DNA of 64,000 nt from Longimicrobiales bacterium (GTDB taxonomy: Bacteria > Gemmatimonadota > Gemmatimonadetes > Longimicrobiales > Gaopeijiaceae): positions 1,024,001-1,088,000 of the forward strand of contig CBDFIQ010000002.1 in the NCBI GenBank assembly GCA_965248195.1, written 5' to 3'. This document shows positions 38,278-47,921 of the stretch, piece after piece. The position numbers and the translations under genes are program-made. Position 1 is the first letter of the stretch, and each line of letters begins with the position of its first letter. The notes beneath the pieces were generated by a model. The model was given only the letters and a program-made list of their open reading frames with translations, searched no databases and was not told the DNA's origin.

Positions 38278-40686
38278 ATGAGCGAACACGCCCTCACCGT
38301 TCTGGAGTTCCATCGAGCCCTTGAACAGGTGGCGGGGCGCGCCACGAGCGAAGCTGGACGGGCGGCCGTTCTCTCGTTACGGCCGCATTCGGATCGCGAG
38401 TGGGTGGAGCGTGAGCTCACGCGAGTCTCCGAGACGGAGGCCTTTCTGGAGGCACGCTCAACGTGGGCACCCCCCGAAATCCCTGACTGTTTGCCGATTT
38501 TTGGGCGCCTGGAGGTCGACGGTAGCGTCTTGGAGGGGACGGAGCTGCACGCTGTGGGTGTCTCGCTCGCCTCTGGGGGGCAGTTGGCTGAGGCGCTGGA
38601 CGCGGATCTTTCGCAGGAGAAATCGTCGGGAGGAAAGGGGCCAGGTCAGGAAGTGGAGCGCTTTGCGGCCCTCGCGTTCATCCGAGACCGGTTACACACC
38701 GAACCGGATCTCAAGATTCGTATCGCCAAAACCACGGACGCATCGGGGGAGATTCTAGACTCGGCCAGCGCCGATCTCCGGCGAATCCGTAAGCAACTTC
38801 GCGGCTCGCGAAACAAGATCGTGCGGAAGCTGGAAGCGTTCGTGGCGGATCTGCCGGAGCGGGTCAGGGTCGCGGACGCGTCCGTCGGCATTCGCGACGG
38901 GCGCTACGTGGTGCCGGTTCGCCGAGAGGGAAAGAGGGACGTGGGCGGAATCGTTCACGATGAATCCCATACGGGTGCGACGCTCTTCGTAGAGCCGCCC
39001 ATGGCCATCGAGCTCACGAACGAGTTGCGGGGGCTCGAGCGAGAAGAAACGAGGGAGATTCATCACATCCTTTCCGAGATCACGCAGACACTACGGCCCC
39101 GGCATCCGTCACTGCGCGCCAGTTGGGAGGCGCTCGTCGAGTTCGACTCGCTCGCCGCTCGGGCTCGAACCGCGAGCGACTGGGGCGCCATTCGCCCCGC
39201 CCTTTCAGGCGAATCGGAGGGCTGGGCCATCGTGCGGGGCCGCCACCCGCTGCTGCTGGCGAATTCCGATGACTCCGTTGTGCCGTTCGACCTGAGCTTG
39301 GAGCCCAATGAGCGGATCGTGGTGGTCTCCGGTCCCAACACCGGCGGTAAGAGTGTGTTTCTGAAGGCGGTGGGGCTGATCGCGTCCCTGACCCAAAGTG
39401 GAGTCGTCCCACCGGTCGGGGAGGGGACCCGACTTCCGGTCTTCGATTCGATCTTCGCCGATATCGGAGACGAGCAGTCCATAGCAGAAAATCTCTCGAC
39501 GTTTTCCGCCCACTTGACGATCTGGAAAGAGGTCGTCGAGCGCGCTGGGAATGGGTCGTTGGTTCTTCTCGATGAGATGGGAACGGGCACGGATCCCGCC
39601 GAGGGTGCCGCACTTTCCCGGGCTCTGATCGAGCACCTCTCTGAAAGGGGTGCCACCGCCGTGGTCACCTCCCACCTTGGAGCCTTGAAGCGCCTCGACA
39701 GCGACGGCAGTGGCGTGGTCAACGCGTCACTCCAGTTCGACCCTGATGGGATGAAGCCTACCTACGAGCTCGTAAAGGGGAGGCCCGGGCGCAGCTATGG
39801 TCTGGCGACCGCCCAACGGCTAGGACTTCCTGACCACGTGCTCGGGCGGGCGGAGGCCTACATCGAGGGTGGTGACGCCTCGATGGAGGATCTCCTCGAG
39901 CGGCTCGAGAAAAAAGAGAAGGAGGCTCGCGAACTGGTCGAAACCCTGAGTCGTGAGCGGGAAGAGACCGCAGGCCTCCGCGCAGAAGTGGAGGCTCGTG
40001 AGGCGGATCTCCGCAGGGAAGAGCGCGAAGCGGAAGGGAGGACCCGTGAGGAGGCACGGCGCATCCTGATGGAGGCCCGGCAGGAGGTCGAGGAGGCCAT
40101 CCGCGAGGTTCGGGAGGCGTCGTCCGCACAGGACCTGGAGGGCGCCGCCCGCCGTGCCCGCCGCAGGGTGGAGGACGCGGCCCGCCGTCAAGAAGAGCTC
40201 CCGCCAGGTGCGTCGAGGGAGTCGGGGTCTATGACCCTCACGCCGGGTGACCGGGTGCGACTTGTCGACGGAGGCCTGAAGGGCGTGGTGGCCGAGGTGC
40301 GAGACGGCCGCGTGGTTATCGATGCGTCCGGGATCCGCATGAAGGTGCACGTGGCGGATCTGGAGTTGGTGACCCCAGGCGATGGGGCTCGGGACACGGA
40401 GCGTGGGTCGGTCTCATGGAAGGCACCCGAGGGACCGGTCTGCACGGAGGTCGACCTCCGGGGCCTTCGAGTGGACGAGGTCGACCAAGCGTTGTTGCGT
40501 TCTATCGATGAGGCGATCCTTTCCGATCTCACGGAGTTGAGGATCATCCACGGAAAAGGGACCGGCGCAGTGCGAGCACGTGTGAGGGCGCTCCTGCAAG
40601 ACGATGGCCGGGTGTCCGCGTTCCGGGTCGGCGGGCGTGCCGAGGGTGGAGCCGGCGTTACGGTGGCGAGCTTAGAAGGCTGTTGA
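38278..40686 (+). CDS. mutS2: Endonuclease MutS2; last codons and stop lie inside the inserted element
   Basis: SGPNTGGKS, DIGDEQSI..LSTFSAH, DEMGTGTDP.EG; Smr domain IIHGKGTG. Confidence 0.96.
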   Translation: MSEHALTVLEFHRALEQVAGRATSEAGRAAVLSLRPHSDREWVERELTRVSETEAFLEARSTWAPPEIPDCLPIFGRLEVDGSVLEGTELHAVGVSLASGGQLAEALDADLSQEKSSGGKGPGQEVERFAALAFIRDRLHTEPDLKIRIAKTTDASGEILDSASADLRRIRKQLRGSRNKIVRKLEAFVADLPERVRVADASVGIRDGRYVVPVRREGKRDVGGIVHDESHTGATLFVEPPMAIELTNELRGLEREETREIHHILSEITQTLRPRHPSLRASWEALVEFDSLAARARTASDWGAIRPALSGESEGWAIVRGRHPLLLANSDDSVVPFDLSLEPNERIVVVSGPNTGGKSVFLKAVGLIASLTQSGVVPPVGEGTRLPVFDSIFADIGDEQSIAENLSTFSAHLTIWKEVVERAGNGSLVLLDEMGTGTDPAEGAALSRALIEHLSERGATAVVTSHLGALKRLDSDGSGVVNASLQFDPDGMKPTYELVKGRPGRSYGLATAQRLGLPDHVLGRAEAYIEGGDASMEDLLERLEKKEKEARELVETLSREREETAGLRAEVEAREADLRREEREAEGRTREEARRILMEARQEVEEAIREVREASSAQDLEGAARRARRRVEDAARRQEELPPGASRESGSMTLTPGDRVRLVDGGLKGVVAEVRDGRVVIDASGIRMKVHVADLELVTPGDGARDTERGSVSWKAPEGPVCTEVDLRGLRVDEVDQALLRSIDEAILSDLTELRIIHGKGTGAVRARVRALLQDDGRVSAFRVGGRAEGGAGVTVASLEGC

Positions 40687-40995
40687 AGGAGTACAGCGGG
40701 TCGCGCACAGGGCGCTTGTGCGCGTTCAGACAAGGAACGACGAGGAGTCGTAGTCATTCTACGGCGACGAGGAGAGACGCAGGATCAACCGCACAACCGC
40801 CCTGTGCCCACGAACAGGAATGGCATGACCTTACACGTTGAAGGGTTGCGGTGGCACGGCCCCGACCACGCTTCGCGCGGTGCCCCCGTTGTTGGAGCTC
40901 CTAGCCATAGCTACGGCTATGGCGTCGTCGCTCCGCCTAGGAGCTGGGACCGTGGCATCCGCAACGCGGCCCACTGTACTCCTTCAACAGCCTTC
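40675..40995. mobile_element. Non-autonomous MITE-like structured element, copy 2
   Basis: 31-bp TIR with 2 mismatches (GAAGGCTGTTGAAGGAGTACAG.../...CTGTACTCCTTCAACAGCCTTC); TA at 40673-74 and 40996-97; removal restores a mutS2/dnaG ATGA overlap. Confidence 0.88.
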
Positions 40996-40999
40996 TAGG

Positions 41000-42802
41000 A
41001 TGATCCCCGACGATCAGGTCGAGGAAGTTCGCTCGCGCGCCGACATCGTTCGGGTGATCGGCGACATCGTACCCTTGAGGAAGTCCGGCAAGGACTACAA
41101 GGCCTGTTGCCCATTCCACGATGAAAAGACGCCGAGCTTTTATGTGGTCCCGGCCAAGGGATTCTACAAGTGCTTCGGGTGTGGGGAGTCCGGTGACGTT
41201 TTCGCGTTCCTCATGAAGCATCTCGGTCTCAGCTTCGTGGATGCCGTCAAGCACGTGGCGGCCAGCAGCGGAGTGGAGATCAGAGAGGTGAGCCGGGGCC
41301 AGAGCGGAGAAGATCCGTTTCGTCACCTCTACGAGGCCAACGGCTTCGCTCGCATGTTTTTTCAGAACTCGCTCTGGGACGAGACGCGCGGCCGCGCGGC
41401 CACTGCTTACTTAGAGGAGCGGGGTATCGGCCGAGAAACGGCCGAGCGTTTCGGGCTCGGCTACGCTCCCGACGAGTGGCGTGGGCTTCACGAGGCGGCG
41501 TCGCACCACGGAATCGGGGAAGAGGTCCTGATCGAAGTGGGCCTCGTTACCCGCAGTGAAAAGCAAAAGGATCCCTACGACCGATTCCGCGGCCGGCTCA
41601 TCTTTCCGATCGAGAGTCTTTCAGGGAAGGTGGTGGGTTTCGGGGGCCGGGTGTTGGGTGCCGGAAGGGAGGGATCGCCCAAATACGTCAACTCCCCCGA
41701 GTCTCCGATTTACCACAAGGGGGAAGTCCTTTATGGGTTGAGCTGGGCGAAGAACGCGATCCGCAGGCGGGAGACGGCTCTCGTGGTGGAGGGCTACATG
41801 GACGTCGTGTCCCTCGCGGCGGCCGGATTCGAGAATACGATTGCCCCGCTCGGAACGGCGGTCACTCCAGACCAGGTGGCGGTTCTCCGCGGCTATACGC
41901 GGAGGGCACACCTCCTGTTCGATAGTGACGCGGCCGGGCTCAAGGCGACGTTCCGAGCCGCGGATCTGTTCCTGGCGGGAGGCGTGCACCCGTGTGTCGT
42001 CACACTCCCGCCGGGAGAGGATCCGGACACTGTCGTTCACTCCGAGGGGGCCGAGGCGCTCCAAAGGCACATCGACGGGGCCATCGACGTTCTCGACCGG
42101 AAGCTCCAGATCCTGGAAAAGCGCGATCATTTCAGGAGCATCGAGCACACACGGGCCGCCATCGACCGGCTGCTACCGACATTGCGTGCGGTCCAGGATC
42201 CCGCGTTGCGTGACATCTACATTGCGAAGGTCTCGGAGCGCACCGGGGTGCGTCGAGACACGTTGGAGGCCGAGTTGGCGCGGTTCGCCGGCCCGCCCGT
42301 GCCGCAACGGGTGGTGAGGCGTCGGGATCACCGCCGCCCCTCCGTAGCCTCCGTGCCTGAAATGGGCCCTGAGCGTGAGTTGCTCCTTCTCATGACCAAG
42401 GACCGCGATTGGATCGAGCGTGTTGGCGAGCGCCTCGGGCCCCAGGACTTCGTGGACGCCAGGTATCGTGCCGTCTTCGAGTCCCTCTTGGCCGACCATG
42501 ATTTGACGCATCCGCCGGGGAAAATGGTTCCCGAGGCCGCGCAAGTGCTGGAGGAGCTGCTAGCCGATCCGACGGAACTCGGCCGAGCGCACCGGGTTTT
42601 CGAGGAATCGTTGAGCAAGATCCTCAGTACTTTGTTGCAGGAGAGGCTCGACGCAGTGGACCATCTCCTACAGAATACCTTGGACGAGCAGCAAGAGACC
42701 CAGCTCCTCGTCGAGAAAGCTCGGCTCAGCAAAGAGCGCCGGGACTTGGGGCAGGACTGGTCGCCGACCGTACGCAGAGCACTTAAGAACAATCACCTAT
42801 AG
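41000..42802 (+). CDS. dnaG: DNA primase
   Basis: CPFHDEKTPSF..CFGC zinc finger, DRFRGRLIFPI, KYVNSPE, VEGYMD, FDSDAAG. Confidence 0.97.
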   Translation: MIPDDQVEEVRSRADIVRVIGDIVPLRKSGKDYKACCPFHDEKTPSFYVVPAKGFYKCFGCGESGDVFAFLMKHLGLSFVDAVKHVAASSGVEIREVSRGQSGEDPFRHLYEANGFARMFFQNSLWDETRGRAATAYLEERGIGRETAERFGLGYAPDEWRGLHEAASHHGIGEEVLIEVGLVTRSEKQKDPYDRFRGRLIFPIESLSGKVVGFGGRVLGAGREGSPKYVNSPESPIYHKGEVLYGLSWAKNAIRRRETALVVEGYMDVVSLAAAGFENTIAPLGTAVTPDQVAVLRGYTRRAHLLFDSDAAGLKATFRAADLFLAGGVHPCVVTLPPGEDPDTVVHSEGAEALQRHIDGAIDVLDRKLQILEKRDHFRSIEHTRAAIDRLLPTLRAVQDPALRDIYIAKVSERTGVRRDTLEAELARFAGPPVPQRVVRRRDHRRPSVASVPEMGPERELLLLMTKDRDWIERVGERLGPQDFVDARYRAVFESLLADHDLTHPPGKMVPEAAQVLEELLADPTELGRAHRVFEESLSKILSTLLQERLDAVDHLLQNTLDEQQETQLLVEKARLSKERRDLGQDWSPTVRRALKNNHL

Positions 42803-42837
42803 GGCCGTTTTAGAGCCATTCGAGCAAAGAGCGTTTC

Positions 42838-44124
42838 ATGACACCACAGACACGGACATCCCTGAAGGAGCTGCAGAACCTAGACCAGGAGATCGCGGCC
42901 GTTCGGTCGGTGACCCAGAGCTTCGATCCCCTCCTGGAGGAAGTCGATGCCCCGGTGCTCCGGCTGGAGCAGGAGGTACAGGCTCTCGAAAAGCGACTCA
43001 CCGAGATCAGGCTCGAGGAGAACCGAATCGAGCTGACGATCGAAGAGAGGAGGGTCCGTGCGGCCAAGCTCCAAGAACGCATGGAGGCGGTCCGAAACGT
43101 GCGAGAAGAGGCAGCCGTCCATGCCGAACTGGAGATGGTCAGGCGGGCCCTCGAGAGCGAGGAACAGGAGGCCCTGAGTCTCCTGGACCAGATCAAACGT
43201 TTAGAGGAGCGATACGAGGAGCAGGAAGGGGCGTACCGGGAGGCGCTAGCCGAAGTCGAGCCCCGCCGGGAGGAGCTGGTGCAGGAGCAACAGGCGACGG
43301 AAAGCAAGCTCGAGGCGCTTCAGGCCGACCGAGACGCGTTCGCGGAAGGGATCGATCCGAGCGATCGGCAGATCTACGACAGCATCATGGCCGGAGCCAG
43401 AGATGTGGCCCTCGCTGAACTCACTCAGGACGGCGCTTGCGGCAACTGCTACAACATGGTCCCGCTCCAGATTCAGAACCAGATACGTCATACCGATGCG
43501 ATGATCCGGTGTGAGGGTTGTGGCGTGATCCTCACGCCCGAATCCCCGGAGGGGCTCGCTCGGGCGCAGGAAGAGGGAGAAAGGATCGAGCGAGCTCTCA
43601 AGGCCTCGACGGAGCAACGAGACGAGGAGCGGGCTGCCGTGTCCGAGGCCCTAGCCCTTGAAGAGGTGGGGGAGGGAGTGGCTGAAGAGGTGGCGGCCGC
43701 TGCGCTCGCTACCGAGGAAGCCGCTGTCGAGGAGGCCGCTGTCGAGGAGGCCGCTGTCGAGGAGGCTGCCGTCGAGGAGGTCCACACTGGGGAGGTCCCT
43801 GCCGAGGCGTTGGCAGTCGAGGATGTCGCCTCCGACGATGTTCCTGCCGATGAGGTGGCGGTCGAGGATGTGGCCTCCGACGCTGTTCCTGCCGATGAAG
43901 TGGCGGTCGAGGATGTCGCCTCTGACGATCTTCCTGCCGACGAGGCGGCGGTCGAGGATGTGGACTCCGACGAGTTCGATGCCGAGGCGCCGTCAGGCGA
44001 GGAGACCGATCCCAGGGAGGGCGCCGACGCTAACGCCGTCGCCGATGCTGTGGCCGACGCGCTCGGTGATGAGGAGCTCGGTGCTGAGGAGGCTGAGCCG
44101 CCAGAACCGACCGCAGACGCTTAG
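42838..44124 (+). CDS. Coiled-coil C4 zinc-ribbon protein (CT398/DUF164-like) with long acidic repeat tail
   Basis: LKELQNLD..I coiled coil; CGNC..CEGCG..L; D/E/A/V-rich C-terminal extension. Confidence 0.85.
   Translation: MTPQTRTSLKELQNLDQEIAAVRSVTQSFDPLLEEVDAPVLRLEQEVQALEKRLTEIRLEENRIELTIEERRVRAAKLQERMEAVRNVREEAAVHAELEMVRRALESEEQEALSLLDQIKRLEERYEEQEGAYREALAEVEPRREELVQEQQATESKLEALQADRDAFAEGIDPSDRQIYDSIMAGARDVALAELTQDGACGNCYNMVPLQIQNQIRHTDAMIRCEGCGVILTPESPEGLARAQEEGERIERALKASTEQRDEERAAVSEALALEEVGEGVAEEVAAAALATEEAAVEEAAVEEAAVEEAAVEEVHTGEVPAEALAVEDVASDDVPADEVAVEDVASDAVPADEVAVEDVASDDLPADEAAVEDVDSDEFDAEAPSGEETDPREGADANAVADAVADALGDEELGAEEAEPPEPTADA
43714..43980 (+). repeat. Intragenic 15-bp (EEAAV x4) and 45-bp (VEDVASDDVPADEVA x~4) tandem repeats
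   Basis: 15-bp period from 43714; 45-bp period at 43816, 43861, 43906, 43951. Confidence 0.9.
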
Positions 44125-44143
44125 GCCTTCGTGAGCCGCTGAC

Positions 44144-45940
44144 GTGGAAGGAGGGGGTCTGACTCCTGCATCGGCGATCCCTGTGGTCGAGCCCCGATGG
44201 GAGGAACCCGTCGAGGCACCTCCCGATGCCGTGCGGTCACTCCAGAAGGCACTCTCCCTTCCCGAGGTACTCTGCGCCCTGTTGGTGAAGCGGGATCTGG
44301 CGGACCCGGATCGTGCCAAGGCCTTCCTCAGGCCCCTCCTGTCCGAACTCGACGGCCCCGATGCCCTCGCGGGCATGGCTCCGGCTACGCAAAGGGTCCT
44401 CGACGCGATTCAAGGGGGAGAAACCATTCTCGTTCACGGCGATTACGACGTGGATGGGATCGCAGGCGCCACCCTCTTGACCAGGTGGATCCGCAGGATC
44501 GGAGGGACCGCGATCCCCTTCGTGCCCCACCGGTTGCGGGACGGATATGACCTCGGGGCCGCCGGGATCAGCGCGGCGAGGGAAGCGGGAGCGGCCTTGA
44601 TCCTCACGGTCGACTCCGGGATTCGGGCCCATGACGCCGTGGTGGACGCGAACGCGTCCGGGCTCGACGTAATTATCACGGATCACCATACGCCAGCGGA
44701 GACGTTGCCTCCGGCGCTCGCGGTCCTCAATCCAAATCGTGTCGACTGCGATTATCCGAACAAGGGCCTCTGTGGCACGGGTGTGGCCTATCGGCTGTGC
44801 GAATCTCTGCTGAGAGAGAAAAAAATCGACCCGGAGGAGTTGTATGCGTCCCTCGATCTTGTGGCGCTGGCCACGATTGCCGACGTGGTGCCTCTGAATC
44901 AAGAAAACCGCACGTTGGTTCGGTACGGGCTAAGAGCGTTGGCTCAGACGAAGCTGCCCGGCTTGAGGGCGCTCATGGTGCGAGCCGGGCTCGGCGACGG
45001 ACCGATCGACGCAGGGCAGGTCGCATTCCGTGTCGCGCCGCGCATCAACGCTGCCGGGAGGATGGCGGAGGCGATGACCGCCGTCGAGTTACTGATGTCG
45101 GACGATGTGGCGCACACCTCGGCTTTGGCCGACCGTCTCGAGGACGCGAACGACCTGAGGCGTGAGGAAGAAGCGCGGACGTTGGAAGAGGCTCTCGAGC
45201 AGCTCGACGGCTCGTTCGACCCCGCCCAAGATTTCGGCGTCGTGCTCGAGGGCGAGGGTTGGCACCCGGGTGTGATCGGCATCGTCGCCTCGAGGATCGT
45301 CGAGCGGATCCATCGTCCTACCGTCTTGGTCGCCGTCTCCGACGGGCAGGGGAGGGGCAGTGCACGGTCGATTCCCGGGTTTGATCTCTTCAGCGCCGTC
45401 CATGCCTGCCGGAAGCACCTGGGTCGCTTTGGCGGACACCGTGCGGCGGCGGGCATGGATATCGCAGCCGCTCGCGTCGGAGGCTTTCGAGACGCGTTCA
45501 ACGCCGAGGTGCGAGAGCGCCTGCGAGGGGAGCAGCCCCACCCGGTCCTCAGACCACAACTCCAGATCCCTCTCGCGGCCATGACGGAGCGACTCGCGCA
45601 CATGCTCTCATACCTCGGGCCGTTCGGCATGGGTAATCCCACACCGGTGTTCTTGGCCCGCCAGGTGGATCTGACGCGCCCCGCCCGGGAGGTGGGTAAG
45701 GGCCACCTAAAGCTCCAGATCACCGAGTCCGATCACACCGTCGACGCCATCGGCTTCGGCCTTGTCGACCGCGTCGCTCCCGAGAGCCTTGGAACCGGTC
45801 CGGTGGACATCGTGTTCAAGCTGAAACTTGGCGTTTTCCGAGGGCGCCGGCAGGTTGAGGCTCACCTCCTCGACGTGCGGCGCTCGGAACCGAAGGGATC
45901 GCCCGAGAATCGTCCCCTTGCGACGGAGGCGCCGGGATGA
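44144..45940 (+). CDS. recJ: ssDNA exonuclease RecJ
   Basis: GDYDVDG, DHH, ATIADVV, PRINAAGR, GSARS, GGH.AAG, PFGMGNP. Confidence 0.96.
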   Translation: MEGGGLTPASAIPVVEPRWEEPVEAPPDAVRSLQKALSLPEVLCALLVKRDLADPDRAKAFLRPLLSELDGPDALAGMAPATQRVLDAIQGGETILVHGDYDVDGIAGATLLTRWIRRIGGTAIPFVPHRLRDGYDLGAAGISAAREAGAALILTVDSGIRAHDAVVDANASGLDVIITDHHTPAETLPPALAVLNPNRVDCDYPNKGLCGTGVAYRLCESLLREKKIDPEELYASLDLVALATIADVVPLNQENRTLVRYGLRALAQTKLPGLRALMVRAGLGDGPIDAGQVAFRVAPRINAAGRMAEAMTAVELLMSDDVAHTSALADRLEDANDLRREEEARTLEEALEQLDGSFDPAQDFGVVLEGEGWHPGVIGIVASRIVERIHRPTVLVAVSDGQGRGSARSIPGFDLFSAVHACRKHLGRFGGHRAAAGMDIAAARVGGFRDAFNAEVRERLRGEQPHPVLRPQLQIPLAAMTERLAHMLSYLGPFGMGNPTPVFLARQVDLTRPAREVGKGHLKLQITESDHTVDAIGFGLVDRVAPESLGTGPVDIVFKLKLGVFRGRRQVEAHLLDVRRSEPKGSPENRPLATEAPG

Positions 45941-46464
45941 GGATCATCGCGGGTCGGTGGCGGGGACGTCGTCTCAAGGCGCTCCGGGGGCGGGACGTGC
46001 GGCCCACGTCCGATCGCGTCAGGGAATCGTGGATGGCTGCGCTGGGTCCACACCTGGAGGGGGCCACGGTGTTGGACCTCTTTGCGGGCTCCGGGGCGTT
46101 GGGCTTCGAGGCGTTGAGCCGGGGAGCCGAGCGGGTCGTGTTCGTGGAACGGGCTCGGGGCGCTTTGACGGCGATACGAGACAACGCGGACCTGCTCGGT
46201 GCTGCGTCCGAGGTGGAGATCTGGAGTGGAGATGCCATGGAGTACGTGAACCGCTTGAAGGCTGGATCCTTCGACATCGCCCTTGCCGATCCGCCGTACG
46301 GGAAGGGGCTCGCGGCGCGTTTGGTGGAGGCCTTCGGGGTGGCTCCGTTCGCATCCCAACTTTGGGTTGAGCATCGTAAAACCGATGCGACCCCCGACCT
46401 TCCGGGACTCCGTCAGCGGCGGTACGGAGACACGCTCATTTCCATCGTCGAGGCGAAATCATGA
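45937..46464 (+). CDS. rsmD: 16S rRNA m2G966 methyltransferase
   Basis: MRIIAG..RPTSDRVRE, LDLFAGSGALG.EALSRG, DPPY. Confidence 0.95.
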   Translation: MRIIAGRWRGRRLKALRGRDVRPTSDRVRESWMAALGPHLEGATVLDLFAGSGALGFEALSRGAERVVFVERARGALTAIRDNADLLGAASEVEIWSGDAMEYVNRLKAGSFDIALADPPYGKGLAARLVEAFGVAPFASQLWVEHRKTDATPDLPGLRQRRYGDTLISIVEAKS

Positions 46465-46961
46465 CACGAGTTCAGCCGGTGGTCGCCATCTATCCGGGCT
46501 CGTTCGATCCGATCACCAAGGGGCATGAGGACGTGGCCCGCCGGTCACTGCGCATCGCGGATCGGGTAGTCGTCGCGGTCGCTCAAACCGCCTCCGAGGC
46601 GAAGGGCAGTCTCTTCAGCGTCGAGGAGCGGCTGGAAATGGTCCAGGAGGTCTTTCAGGACGATGACCGGATCGAGGCGTGTCAGTTCGAAGGCCTCCTT
46701 GTTGATTTCGCCCAGGAGATCGGGGCCCAGTTCGTGATACGGGGCGTACGGGCCGTGTCTGATTTCGAATACGAATTTGAGATGGCCCAGATGAACCGGG
46801 AGTTGTGGAGCGGGGCCGAAACCGTATTCCTCACTCCCAATCAGAAGTATTCTTTTCTTTCCGCCTCCCTCGTCCGGCAGGTCTCCCGTCTCGGGGGCGA
46901 CGTGTCCCGCTTCGTTTCCGAACCGGTTTTGCGGCGCCTACAACGGCCTTCGGTGGAGTAA
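46461..46961 (+). CDS. coaD: Phosphopantetheine adenylyltransferase
   Basis: YPGSFDPITKGH, RGVRAVSDFEYE. Confidence 0.96.
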   Translation: MTRVQPVVAIYPGSFDPITKGHEDVARRSLRIADRVVVAVAQTASEAKGSLFSVEERLEMVQEVFQDDDRIEACQFEGLLVDFAQEIGAQFVIRGVRAVSDFEYEFEMAQMNRELWSGAETVFLTPNQKYSFLSASLVRQVSRLGGDVSRFVSEPVLRRLQRPSVE

Positions 46962-47047
46962 GGCCTCCGAGCCCGAAAGCCGTGGAGCTCGGCCCCCGAA
47001 ATCCTGCCGGCAGGACGAGAAAATGTGAAGACGCCAAATCGTGAGTA

Positions 47048-47077
47048 TTGCCCCGACGGGTCGGTTTCTCTTATCGT
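47048..47077 (+). promoter_or_regulatory. Possible sigma70-like promoter of the STAS operon
   Basis: TTGCCC-18 nt-TATCGT. Confidence 0.35.
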
Positions 47078-47134
47078 TTTTACCCGTTCGGCGCGCACGG
47101 CCACCGTGCGGGGCCAAACCTAAGCGGAGGACCC

Positions 47135-47467
47135 ATGGGATTTCAGGTGAGCAAGTCGGGCGACGTGATGGTCATCGATGTTGAAGGGCAGCTCATCGTT
47201 GGAAATCGCCAAGAGCTGAAACAGAAAGTTCTCGATGAGCTTGAGAAGGGCGAACGCAGGTTCGTCGTAAACTTTTCTGAGACCGGCTACATAGACTCCT
47301 CCGGTTTGGGTGTGCTTGTTTCCCTCTCCAAGAAAATTCGAGAGCAGGAGGGTGAGCTCCGACTGGCAAGCCTCAACGAGGACCTGAGAACCTTGTTCGA
47401 GCTCACGAAGCTGGACACGCTCTTCACGATCGCCGATTCGCGGGAAGAGGCGCTGGAGGGGCTCTAG
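47135..47467 (+). CDS. STAS-domain anti-sigma factor antagonist (RsbV/SpoIIAA-like)
   Basis: YIDSSGLGVL motif, LFELTKLD; SD GGAGG. Confidence 0.92.
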   Translation: MGFQVSKSGDVMVIDVEGQLIVGNRQELKQKVLDELEKGERRFVVNFSETGYIDSSGLGVLVSLSKKIREQEGELRLASLNEDLRTLFELTKLDTLFTIADSREEALEGL

Positions 47468-47498
47468 AAGGCTGTACGGGTCCAGCGGAGGATATTAG

Positions 47499-47921
47499 GT
47501 GGATCAGGAACTCATTCTCGAGTTGCCGAACGACATTCGTTCGATCGAAAACGCCGTCGAGTATGTCATGCAGCACTGTTCCACTTGCTGTGATTACGCC
47601 CGCCGTTTCAATCTCAACTTCCGGGTCGGGCTCACCGAGGCTCTCTCCAACGCCATGCTTTATGGCAACGCCAGCGACCCCAAGAAGCGTGTTCGTGTTG
47701 AAGTCACGGTAAGGGTGGAAGAGGTCGCCGTGCGAGTCACGGACCAGGGCGTGGGTTTCGATCCCACGACCGTCCCCGACCCAACCCTCCCAGACAACAT
47801 CTCCAAGACCGGCGGCCGTGGGATCTTCTTGATGAAGTCTCTGATGGATGAAGTGCGGTTCAATGAACAAGGAAATTCAGTGACCCTGGTCCTGCGTCTC
47901 GAGGGAGAGGCCGGGGAATGA
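47499..47921 (+). CDS. RsbW/SpoIIAB-like anti-sigma serine kinase
   Basis: EALSNAM..GN, DQGVGFD, GGRGIFLM..LMDEV. Confidence 0.9.
   Translation: MDQELILELPNDIRSIENAVEYVMQHCSTCCDYARRFNLNFRVGLTEALSNAMLYGNASDPKKRVRVEVTVRVEEVAVRVTDQGVGFDPTTVPDPTLPDNISKTGGRGIFLMKSLMDEVRFNEQGNSVTLVLRLEGEAGE

Noticed and set aside
26341..40995. The two element copies as ends of a composite transposon or genomic island
   Set aside because: The enclosed genes are core housekeeping genes, each copy has its own TA flanks, and no transposase or integrase is present.
40804..40998. 64-aa ORF present in both element copies (also 26471-26665)
   Set aside because: Conservation is explained by DNA-level repeat identity; no SD or recognisable motif, and differences between copies change amino acids freely.
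40838..40999. 54-aa N-terminal extension of DnaG in the ORF track
   Set aside because: It lies inside the inserted element; primase homology starts at MIPDDQVEEV (41000).
43714..43980. Periodic repeats as a CRISPR array
   Set aside because: In-frame coding repeats without unique spacers; no cas genes.
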